In this document: positions 1 to 10,719 of the stretch, in pieces
How the letters are laid out: each line of letters opens with the position of its first letter
How positions within the stretch are numbered: the first letter of the stretch is position 1
Assembly: GCF_009914755.1 (NCBI RefSeq)
Contig: NC_060933.1
Strand: one strand, 5' to 3'
DNA length: 64,000 bases
Source: the human T2T-CHM13v2.0 reference genome, Homo sapiens
Made by a program: the position numbers and the translations under genes
Notes under the pieces: model-generated
The model's database searches: none
What the model saw: only the letters and a program-made list of their open reading frames with translations
What the model was told of the DNA's origin: nothing

Positions 1-899
1 TGTTCATTGTTTTATTATTTATCTTTGTGGAGAAGCCACTAGCTTTCCTAATTCACAGAAATTTTTCTTATTATTTTCGTATTATGTAACTGTTTTTTAG
101 CATAATGTAAACTCTAATTTCACTTTAGAACACATTGATACTGTGTTTAGAATTTGGAAATTACATTTCACATATACCATGCTTCATATCAATTACTCTG
201 ACTTTTTTAATATATTCATTTCTATGTTTAATTATACTGAAAGCAATGTGGACAGAATTCTAGTCTTTAATAATCACATTATCATAACACCTTGAAATCA
301 TCTATATCACTAAAAGAACTTAATGGTACCAACGAATGGTACAAAAGGTATATACAAGACATTCTGGAGGCAAAACCAAATAGAGACTTTCAGGGAACAA
401 AAGATAAACATTAATGACTTAATGCATTAATGACTTATTAAGCGTTCCTTTAACTAAAATTCTCTTATTCCTCTAACTTGACATCTAATGCCCTAACTAC
501 TCATTTAAAAAAATCTGTTTTATAAACATTACAAACTTAAGAACGTCTCTAAAAAAAAAAGTTGAATTGCAAAAAAAAAAAAATGGTCAAAATGAGTTGA
601 TACTTGACAAGTGATTTACAACAATTTCCTTTCCTCAAATCTTGTAAATTTGATTTCAGATAAAAATAATCACCTTAACTTGGTCTCACAATTAGAAAAT
701 AATAGAAGAAAGTCTGGTTGAGCAATGAACCTTATAATTTATATATATATACATATATAGGTGGATATATAAACATACACCTACATAAACATAGTACATT
801 TTGTAATTTATGTGCTATATATTTGCATATGAATATACCTTACATACATTTGCATTATCTATAGTGCAATGACCTGCATGTCATTGCATTATTAAATAT

Positions 900-1730
900 C
901 AATTAATAGATTCACTGAAAATATGAAATAAAGTGTTAAAAAACTCTTAAAACAGCAAGGGAAATTCTAAGCCTGAAATAATGGACTGAAGAGGGAAAGA
1001 AAGGAGAGTGAAAAAGTTTTAAAGATCTCATTTTATTAAGGAGAAAATAAATTATCTTAACGAGGGAAACTGTACCTGAGTGGGAATAATAGCTTGTTTT
1101 TACATAATATAAAGAAATATCTGTGTAGCATAGTTCAGAAAGGAGAAATTAAGTGTTAATAGATTGAAAAAATATTGTAAACTATCATATTTACATGGGA
1201 AATGGAATAAATCTTAATGATGAAATCAACAAGAAAATAAAAGGAATAAGGCAATGAAAAACTAGATAATAATCATAAGGTAAAGTAAAAAAAAAGTTCA
1301 AGTATATTAGTCACTACATGAACTAAATTCTTCCTGTAAAAGAGAGACCATCTAACTGGTCTTAGAAAAGCAATATTCTATTTGTGAAAACTGCACACTT
1401 CACTGGGATAAAGAAAAGTTGAATATGAAAGAGCTAACTAAGCAGTAAGTAAACACAAATTAAAAATCAAGGGTAAGAAATAATATCTGGAAGTTAGAAT
1501 ATATATATTTACAGTAAAGATAGCAAAGAAGTATATTGGTTTATGTATTTTAAGAATGGGGCAGATCTACTAGAAAAAATTAGAAAGGACAAAAGTTAAT
1601 TGAGGAACATAATCAATAAACTAGATGTATTGGGTATGTATATATGTAATACACATGTAATAATTTTACATATGTGCAGAGAAAACTTCATATTCCCCAA
1701 ATACTGCATATTCATCTTTTCTGTGTGTTC
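900..1730 (+). mobile_element. Highly degraded ancient L1 (L1M) fragment, ORF1 end/ORF2 endonuclease region
   Basis: A-rich plus strand; 'catgaactaaattcttcctgtaaaaagagagacc' weakly resembles the start of the L1 EN domain; boundaries approximate. Confidence 0.4.
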
Positions 1731-1734
1731 ATTA

Positions 1735-2012
1735 TTTTGAAGAGATGGGGTCTTAGTCTGTTGTCCAGGCTGGAGTGCAGTGGTGCAATCATAATTTGAT
1801 ACAGCCCCAAACTCCTGGGCTCAAGCTACCCTTCTGCCTCAGTCTCCCAAATAGCTAGGACTATGTGATACCACTCCTAATTTTAAAAACATTTTTAGAG
1901 AGATGGGGTCTGTTTTGTCCAGGATGCTCTCAAACTCCTGGCCTCAAGAAGTCCTCCACCTCAGCCTCCCAAAGTGTTGGGATTACAGGGATGAGCCACA
2001 CAGCACCTAGCC
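1735..2012 (-). mobile_element. Alu (AluJ-like)
   Basis: Reverse Alu: 'ccaggctggagtgcagtggtgcaatcata', 'ctcctgggctcaag', 'cctcccaaagtgttgggattacagg'. Confidence 0.9.
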
Positions 2013-2123
2013 CATAAAGATATTTTTTAATTAATCATGCACCTGTCATGAAAATATGTTAATAAATTTGTAATGTCAGATTTGTACAGAACATATTCTT
2101 TGATTATACACCAATACAATTAG

Positions 2124-2555
2124 TGCTATGATTTGAAATATGCTCCCCGAAGTTCATATTGGAAACTTAATCCCCAATGCAAAGTATTGAGAGGTGGGAC
2201 TTTTAAGAGGTGACTAGGCCATGAAGGCTCTGCCCGCACAAATGTTTTAATGCCATTATTGTGGGAGTGGGTTAGTTATTACAGGAGTGGATTCCTGATG
2301 AAAGAATGAGTTCAGCCTCTTACTTCTTTCTCTCAACCCCCTACCCACACACATACACACACACATTCTCTCTCTCTGTCTCTCTCTCTCCCCTACCTTC
2401 TGTCTTCAGCCATGGGATGACACAACAAGAAGGCCCTCACCAGATGCAAGGCCCTTAACCTCATGCTTCCCTGCCTATGGAATTGTAAGAAATAAATATC
2501 GGTTCTTTATAAATTACCCAGTTTTAGATATTCTGTTACAAAACACAATAAGACA
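2124..2555 (+). mobile_element. MaLR solo LTR (MST/MLT1A-like)
   Basis: TG...CA ends ('tgctatgatttgaa'...'taagaca'), 5-bp TSD ATTAG at 2119-2123 and 2556-2560, internal AATAAA. Confidence 0.85.
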
Positions 2556-2619
2556 ATTAGAAACAAACAATATTAAAGTGATCAAAAATATCTTCCATAC
2601 CTGAAAATTACCTTCCATA

Positions 2620-3090
2620 CCTATGTTTGTCAGGACTGCTATAACAAAGTACCACAAACCAGGTAGCTTAAACAACACAAATTAGCTGTCTCACATTTTT
2701 GGAGGTGAGACATGTAAGAGCAGCAGGGGCTGCAGGTCAGCAGGGTTGGTTCCTTCTGAGAGTATGGAGAGAGAATCTGTTCCATACCTCTCTCCTAGTT
2801 TCTGGTGATTTCTTGGCCTTCTTAGGCATTCTTTCACTTATAGAACCATCACCCCAAACTCTGCCTTTATCTTCACATGGTATTCTCCCTGTTTGCATGT
2901 CTGTGACCAAATTTCCCCTTTTAATAAGCACATCAGTCATATTGGATTAGGGGACAACCCTACTCCAGTATAACCTTATCTTAATGAATGACATCTGCAA
3001 TTATCCTATTTCCAACAAGTTTCCGTTCAGAGAGACCGGAGGTTAGGACTCTGATATGAATTTTGGGGAGGATACCATTCAACCCATAAT
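2620..3090 (-). mobile_element. MaLR LTR (MLT1C-like)
   Basis: 'ctgctataacaaagtaccacaaacc...gcttaaacaacac', 'gagaatctgttccatacctctctcctag', 'accattcaacccataa' match the reverse MLT1 consensus. Confidence 0.8.
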
Positions 3091-3407
3091 AGTTCTATAA
3101 CTATTAAGTTGAATTATTCCTTCAGAAGAAGTCTCCAGTCCCAGATGATTTCATTGGTGAAGTCTATCACACATTTAAAGAAAAAAAAAAAAACACCAAT
3201 TCTATGTAAGCTCTTCTGAGAACACTTCCCATCTATGTTATGAGGTCACTATTACTCTGATACCAAAACCAGACAAAGGAAGTACAAAAAAGAGAAGTAC
3301 AAATCATTATCTCTCCTGAAAAAGTCACAGAAATGCTCAGCAAAATATGAGCAAATTGAAATGTGGCAATACTCATTATAAAGGGTTACAACATGAACAA
3401 GTAGATC

Positions 3408-4172
3408 GTAACTGAACAAGAATATATATTTGATCTCTGTCCCTGTTTCTTGACATACAGGAACTAAAATCCTTGTAGTCTCTGGAAGTGATGTGTCTTT
3501 TGTATGCTAGTAAGATGGCTGGTGGCCAGCGGCTCCTAGATAGCCTCAGGATGGGGGCTGGTTACCAGGGAAACCAATCATGTGATAGAGGGTTGAAACT
3601 TTCAGCTCCACCCTCCGATTTCTCAGGAGGGGAGAGGGTCTATGAAATAAAGCCTGTGTCATGAAGCCTCCATAAAAACCCTAAAAGATGAGGTTAGAGC
3701 TTCCAGGTTGTTGAACATAGCAGAGTGTGACCATAGAAAGCTCCTCACCCCTTCTCCAATGCCTTATCCTATGCATAGCTTCCAACTGGTTGTCCCTGGG
3801 TTTTATTCTTTGTAATAAACAAGTAATCTAGTAAGTAAATTGTTTTCCTGAATTCTGGGAGCCACTCTAGCAAATGATCAAATTTGAGAAGGGATCATGA
3901 GAACCTCTGGTTCATAGCTAAATTGGACAGAAGTTGTAGGCAACATGAGGACCTACCATTTATGATTAACACATTAACAGTCTTGTGAGACTGAGCCCTT
4001 AACCTTAATCTGTGGGATCCAGTGAATGTTAGAATTGAATTGAATTGTAGAATGCACAGTTGGTGTCCACAGAGAATTGGAGAATTGCTTGGTATTGGAG
4101 GAATCCTCATACATTTTAGTGGCCAGAGGAGTTGTGAGTATAGAAAAGAAAAAACCATTTTGTTTTTCCTAT
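3408..4172 (+). mobile_element. MER21-like ERV LTR
   Basis: 'cctagatagcctcaggatgggggctggttaccag', 'gaagcctccataaaaaccc', 'cagtcttgtgagactgagccct', 'gaattgaattgaattgtag'; L1 ORF2 resumes on both sides. Confidence 0.8.
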
Positions 4173-4306
4173 ACAGAGACTTATTGCAGAAATGCAAGGC
4201 TACTTTAATATGTAAAAATCAATCAGTGTAATCCACTGTGTTTATAGCCTAAAGAAAAATAACAAAACATGATTATATCAGTTGATACAGAAAATAGCAT
4301 TTGACA

Positions 4307-4822
4307 GGTTTTTGCAGAAGATGTGGTCACAGGTGCTGCGGATCTCTAGTCCACTTGATCCTGCTCCTGACTTGCCACTGTTCCCTCTTGCCAAGGAAAG
4401 GTTGGCCAGGAAGTGAAGATGCAGTATGGCTTTTAAAAATAACAGAAAAAATCTCATAGAACCAAAGGTGGTGATTCACCAAATTCTAATTACACTAACC
4501 AGCCACAGGGTAAAAATCCGTGGAGACTGTGTGTGCTGACTCAACCAGAGGCACAAAGGAAAACAATCTCAAAGTGAAAGAACCGGTTCAAATGTCCACC
4601 AAGACTTCGAGAATCCCAAGAAAAACACCTTGTGGTGGCAGTTCTAAGACGTAACACCATTTCTAGATGAAAATCCACAAGCAGCTTACTGACTTGCACA
4701 GCCTTTCCAAGACTGTTAAGCAGATTACTTCCACCAGTATTGAGCTAGGAGTTGACACTGTAGTCACTATTGCAGATGCTTTAAGTCAACTGTTTTAATA
4801 CATTAATAATCAATTGTTTAAA
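4307..4822 (+). pseudogene. RPS20P: Processed pseudogene of 40S ribosomal protein S20 (RPS20), full-length cDNA
   Basis: ATG at 4426 gives [30 protein letters not shown] (RPS20: [30 protein letters not shown]); after a +1 frameshift [26 protein letters not shown]...TPCGGSSKT*...[12 protein letters not shown]...[18 protein letters not shown]; intronless, with 5'UTR and 3'UTR; TSD aaaatagcat(t/c)tgaca at 4291-4306 and 4823-4838. Confidence 0.95.
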
Positions 4823-7059
4823 AAAATAGCATCTGACAAAATCCAATACTCGCTCATAATTTAAAAACCCTTCTCAGCAAACTAGAAATAGAAGGTAAAT
4901 TCCTCAAAGTGATAATGAACATCAACAAAAAACTCCACAGCTAACAAAAAGCTGACTGCTTTCTCATAAGATCAGGAACAAGGTAAGAGTATCCACGCTC
5001 ACCATTCCTGCTCAACACCATACTGGAAGTCCTAGACAATGCAATAAGACACATAAAAGAAATAAAAGGCATTCAGATTGGGGAAAAGAAATAAAATTGT
5101 TCTTACTCCCAGTCATGATAATTGACTATGTAAAAAATCCTAAGTGATCTATAGCAAAACTTCAAGACACAACAATTGAGTTCAGCACGTTTGCAAGATA
5201 CAAGGTCAACACACAAAAATAGTTATTAATTTTCTATATATTAGCAATAAACAATCAGAAACAAATTTAAAAACATGCCATTTAAAATAGCTACAAAAGA
5301 TGAGGTACATAGGTAGAAATTTACAAAATATGTACATGATTTTATATGATAAAAATTGTAAAACTTTGATGAAAGAAATCAAAGACCTAAATAAATAGAA
5401 AAATACTATTTTCATGGCTTGAAAGATTCAACATAGTAAAGATGTCAATCCCCCCACCAAATTGATCTACAGATTTAACGTAACTCAAATCAAAATTTCA
5501 ACAAGACTTGTTTGTTTGTTTGTTTGTTTTAGACGTAGATAAACTGACTCTAAATTTTATATAGAAAGGCAAGGGAACTAGAGGAGCCAAATTTTTTTTA
5601 AAGAAAGTTGAAAAATCACGCTATCCAATTTTAAGACATACCATAAAACTACATTAATCAGGACACTGCGTACTCACAAATGGATAGATAATCAATGGAC
5701 AAGAATAGAAAATGTACAAATAAACCCACACAGGCACGGACAATTGATTTTTCACAAAGATTGAAAGCCAATGTAATAAAGAAAGAATAATAATTTCACC
5801 AGATAGTATTGGAACAATTAGACAATTATGTGTAAAAAAGTAAACCTCAGCCTAACACAAATTGAATTATATTTTATATAAAATATACCCCAAATGTATC
5901 ACAGATTAATTAGCTCATAGAACTAAATGTAAAACATAAAATGATAAACTTTTTAGAAGAAAACATAAAAAATTTTATAACTTAGGGTTAGGAAAAGATT
6001 TTGTGACTATGAAACCACAAGTACAATCCATAAAAATAGAAAATTGATTAAACAGACCATCAAAATTAAAACTTTTGTTCTCTGAAAGACACTGTTAGGA
6101 GAGTGAAAAGGCAAGCCACAGATGCAGAGAAATAAAATCACATGTCCAAAAAGGACTTTTAACTGCAATATATGAGGAGCTCTCAAAACTCAACACTAAG
6201 CAAACAACTCAATCCTAAAATGGGCAAAAGGCTTGAACAATCACTTCACCAAAGATATATGGATGACAAATCCTGGAAAAATGTTCAACATCATTAGTCA
6301 TTAGGATTAAAACCAAATTAAAACCATGATACATTACCACTCTACACCCATTAGAATGACTAAAATATAAAATACAGAGAATACGAAGTCTTGGCAAGGA
6401 TGCTGAACAACTGGAACTCTCATGTGTTGCTGATGGAAATGCAGAATGACACAGCTCCTCTGGAAAACAATTTGGCAGTGTTTCACAAAGTTAAACATAC
6501 ACTTACCTATAGCCCTGTCGTCCCACATCGGTATTTACCTGAGAGAAATTAAAACTTAAATTCACACAAAAACCTGTACAGGAGTGTTTATAACAGCTCT
6601 ATTCATAATCACCAACAATTGGAAACAATCCAAAAGTCCTTCAACAGCTGAATGAATAAACAAGCAAACTATTGATTCATGCAACAACATGGATGAATTT
6701 CAAAGGCATTATATGGAGTAAAAGAAGCCAGTCTCAAAGGAGCCAGTCGCAAAATGTTATGTATTCTGGTTCTACTTATATAATATACTTTAAAAGACCC
6801 CATCTACAGTGATGGAGAGCAAATCAGTATTTTCCAGGGTGTAGCAGTATGGACAGCATGTACAAGAAGAGTTTTGTAGGTGATGAAACTGTTCTATACC
6901 TTGTTTGCAGTTGTGTTTACATAAATAACGTGTTAAAATTCGTAGAACTGTACATCAAAAATGAAGTTTACTATATGGTAGGTTTTCAAAATAAAATTAA
7001 TACAAAGTAATATTAGTTTATATAGTATTAGTTCAACTAATCCAAGCCAGAGAAAATTA

Positions 7060-7460
7060 GAGAGAGCTCTTCCAGTCCATTTTATGAAACTTGTAAAACT
7101 TTTACTCAAAGCCCTGTAATGATAGCACACACAAAAAAAACTTTCTTCTGAATATAAATGCAAAAATTTTCAGTAAAGTTTTATCAAAGAGAATCCAGCT
7201 TTGTAGCAAATGGATAAACCATTACATCCAGGAAGGGCTTATTCCAAAAATACAAGGGTAGATCATTATCAGGTAATATATCAACAGAATTAATTGCACC
7301 GATTGTTAAAGAAAGAAAAACAAATGATCATATCAAAGATACTGAAAATGTATTTTCTAAAATTCAGATCTCTTCTTATTAAAAATTTCAAGTTAAATAG
7401 GATTAAAGGATATTACTTCAAGGTAATAAAGACTGCTATCAAAAGCCAACAGAAAATATT
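7060..7460 (+). mobile_element. Ancient L1 (L1M/L1ME-like) ORF2 fragment
   Basis: 'gaatataaatgcaaaaatttt', 'gggcttattccaaaaatacaaggg' are degenerate RT-domain sequences. Confidence 0.6.
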
Positions 7461-7566
7461 ATTATAGATTCTATATATGTGATATATACATATCATGAAA
7501 TATGTAATTACATGTGCTCACACACATATACATGCACATATAGACATAAACATAGTTACATATATA

Positions 7567-8228
7567 CAGTAGTCCTCTCCTTATCCACAGTTTTGCTTTC
7601 CATGGTTTCAGTTACCCATAGTCAACTGTGTTCCAAAAATACTACATGAAAAATTTCAGATATAAGCAATTTATAAGTTTAAACTACACTCTCTTCTGAG
7701 TAGCGTGATGAAATTTCATGTCCTTCTGCTCCATCCCACGTGGGATATGAATAATAACTTTGTCTAGTGTATTTACACTGTACACACTACTTGTCTGTTG
7801 GTCCTGGGTTATCAGATCGACAGATCTGAAGAAAAGAAGGGTGAGGGTGAGTACAGTGCAAAATATTTTGAGAGAGAGTTAAACAGACTACATTTATAAA
7901 AACTAGCATATTTTAGTTTATTTTTTATTGTACTTTTCTTTCAATTGCCTCTGCATCCCATCTTGTCCATAGTTCTATTGGGTTGTTTCTCTCTATTATA
8001 AATTTGGAAGACAAATGTATATTGCAGATATTAACACTCTGTCCCTATAATTGTTCTATTTCATTATTATTGTTAATTTCTTACTGTATCTAATTTATAC
8101 ATTAAGCTTTATCATAGATACATATGTATATGAAAAAAATAGTGTATATAGGGTTCAGTACTACTTGCGGTTTCAGGCACCCACCGGGGTCTTAGAACAT
8201 ACCCCTCCCAGATATGAGGGGACTACTG
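7567..8228 (+). mobile_element. MER44 (Tigger7-derived, TcMar-Tigger) DNA transposon
   Basis: TIRs cagtagtcc...ggactactg flanked by TA (7565-7566, 8229-8230); 'ggtttcagttaccc', 'ctgagtagcgtgatgaaat', 'atatagggttcagtacta'. Confidence 0.9.
7902..8046 (-). repeat. Inverted copy (145 bp, 1 mismatch) of 8757-8901, inside MER44
   Basis: Base-by-base comparison: reverse complement of 8757-8901 except C8037 opposite A8766. Confidence 0.97.
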
Positions 8229-8239
8229 TAAACACGTAA

Positions 8240-9400
8240 TGTGAGGAGTTTTGTGGGGATTGGACAAAATGATCTTAAAATTGCCATGGAAGAAATAAAT
8301 CTAAGTAAAGTTTTTAAAATAGAATGACAAGGGAGACTTGCCCTATCTGATATCAGACCATTGTATTAGCCAGCTGTAATTAAGTCAACATGTTGCCAGG
8401 CTAAGAATAGGCAAAAGATCATTGGTACAGAAAAGAGAATCCAAAATTAGATGCTAACACATTTGAGAATTTAATGGAGCAAAAGTGTTATTTTAATTCA
8501 AAAGAGGAGATTATTTAAGAAATACTAGTCTTATTAAAAATTTAAGGACAAAAAAATAAAACAACTACAATTCTACAAGACAATCTCGGATACGGGCTAT
8601 GCAATCTAAGTGAAGAAGACCCTTTCACTAAAATTGGATGCTAAGAAACCATTAAGAAAAAGAGAAACTTTCTGGCCACATTTTTAAAATATGTAGGGAA
8701 AGAGAGCAAAACATCTATTAAATGAATAATTAATTTTTAAAAGCACATGCAATGGAAGGGACAGAATGTTAATATCTGCAATATACATTTGTCTTCCAAA
8801 TTTATAATAGAGAGAAACAACCCAATAGAACTATGGACAAGATGGGATGCAGAGGCAATTGAAAGAAAAGTACAATAAAAAATAAACTAAAATATGCTAG
8901 TAGGTCAGAAAATTAATATTAAAATTGAGATGTTAAGCAAAAATGAAAAAGACTGGTAATGCATATTGCTGCCAGGGACATACAGGGAAAGAGAGTACTT
9001 CCCCACATGAGTGGTGAGAATATGAATGAATTAGTAAACTCTTTAGAAAAAATAATCTGGCAATATCTTAATTTAAATTTAGAATCCTGATATATTTGAA
9101 CAGAACCAATTCACTCTTAGGGAGTTCTCTTATGTAAATAAAAGTGCCATTAACCACAGGAAATATGAGCAAGGCTGTTTATTGCAACATTGTACTAGCA
9201 AAAATGGGAAACCAAGTAAATGCTCATCCACAGGGGAATGGGTGGATTGCTTACGTACATCCACACTATAAAACTACTATAGAGTTATTAGAAAGAAATA
9301 TGTGGCCACTTGTCAAGAATTCTGCAAGGTAATGTCAAGTGAAAAAAAAGCAAAATGAAGAAAAGGGTATTTATTATAACATAATCCTTTTAAAAGAGAG
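8240..9400 (+). mobile_element. Ancient L1 (L1ME-like) ORF2 3' part/3'UTR
   Basis: 'gggagacttgccctatctgatatcagac', 'aaacaacccaatagaa', 'gtaaatgctcatccacaggggaatgg' resemble degenerate L1 3' sequence. Confidence 0.6.
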
Positions 9401-9463
9401 AAATGTTGACTAAAAACTGTGCAGGGTGTGTGTTGTATGTTGTATTTGTATATAATTATATGA

Positions 9464-9467
<4 letters not shown>

Positions 9468-9493
<26 letters not shown>
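9468..9493. repeat. (GT)n microsatellite
   Basis: Direct reading. Confidence 0.95.
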
Positions 9494-9494
<1 letters not shown>

Positions 9495-10114
9495 AAAAAC
9501 AGGGAGATGTATTCCTCTATAAAAATATAAGCATAGAGAAACAAAGAGGTGAATACACACAAAGGTGTCAGTTTGGGTTCTTAGAGAAGGGAGTGATAAG
9601 AGTAAAGTCAAGGTAAGGGAAGAATAGAAGAAAAGAAAAGCTAAGCTAAAAAGAGAAAAAAAAAGAAATAAAAGACTGCAAAATAAGAACTCCAGTATAT
9701 ATGATAATGTCACATTTATGTATTTCTGTAAAATGTCATATGTATATGAGTAGCAATGAAAATTCAATTAAAGAAAAAGAAGCCAGCAGGAAGAAGAGAA
9801 ACCAGATGCATTTACCATAGAAAACTACCACATTACCAAAGGGGGATATTCCAAAAGTTCCATCGTAAATTTGTTGCTTAAAAGTTGAATACCATTTGCC
9901 CATTAAACATACACATACACAGATTCCCACAGAATTCTGTTTTACATTCTAATATCCTTGGATCATATATAACAATGATTTCTGTAAAACATATACAACA
10001 GAAAATTTAGCTCCATCGAGGAAAGACAGGGCTAGCCTCCTCCAGTTGCAGAAGTGACAGTGGTCACAGGGTGGCCCAGTCCATACCTCCCTGCCACCAG
10101 AGAGACCAGGAGTG

Positions 10115-10208
10115 CAGGGCCAGGTGTTTCGCACAACTCCAGGAAGAACCATTCAGATTATATTCTACATTGAATGCTGCTTCCTAGTTGTACAATATAG
10201 GCCTCCTG
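10115..10208. mobile_element. Palindromic hAT MITE remnant (MER91-like)
   Basis: Imperfect hairpin 'cacaactccaggaagaaccattca...tgaatgctgcttcctagttgta' starting at 'cagggcc'. Confidence 0.5.
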
Positions 10209-10605
10209 GCCAGGACTTTTCCTAGTTCCAACCTATTGATAGTAATGCCTGGGACCAGAAGTGAGATTCTCACACAGATGATGGTGGAGGGGGCTGAAGG
10301 GTGAGATGGTAGAATAGGGACAGAGGTCCAGGGCAGCAGGGCAATAGCAAGGTGAAATGAGATAGCAAGCGTTGAGGAAAAGTGAAGAAAGTATGTGAGG
10401 ATCACAACATGACCAGTTTTGTAAATCAACTATCTCTAACTATCTCTATATAGCACCTGACGGGAACATGAAATTTAAACATTATCATGCAGCAAAAATA
10501 CAGGCCTAAGTCTTCATTCAACACTTGTTCTACATTCAGAGTCCTTATCTTTAATCAAATTTAGGTTAAAAATGAGGTTGTGAGAACAAGCAAAAAAAAT
10601 GTAAG

Positions 10606-10719
10606 TTGACGTCAATTTTTAGAGTCTCTATTGTGACCTGAGTCAAAGTTTTAACGGCCATCTTTTGAAGTCACTTTTATTTTCCAGTAACTGATTGGAT
10701 GCTTCAGGCATCCAATCAG
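10606..10719. promoter_or_regulatory. Candidate cis-regulatory motif cluster (CRE, AP-1, YY1, two inverted CCAAT boxes)
   Basis: TTGACGTCAA 10606-10615; TGAGTCA 10639-10645; CGGCCATCTT 10655-10664; CTGATTGG 10691-10698 and CCAATCAG 10712-10719; motif evidence only. Confidence 0.35.

Larger units (their letters stand above)
3125..7000 (+). mobile_element. Old 5'-truncated L1 (L1MC/L1MD-like): ORF2 RT region to 3'UTR, interrupted by MER21 and the RPS20 pseudogene
   Basis: ORF2-like segments ('ctgataccaaaaccagacaaagg', 'gcatttgaca', 'atactggaagtcctagacaatgcaataagac') and an L1M-type 3'UTR ('catggatgaatttcaaaggcattat...agaagccagtctcaaa'). Confidence 0.85.

Noticed and set aside
864-887. 9-bp stem hairpin tgcaatgac-N6-gtcattgca, and short direct repeats near 409-436, 2593-2622, 6726-6752 and 23838-23890
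   Set aside because: Short enough to be chance or trivial slippage in AT-rich DNA
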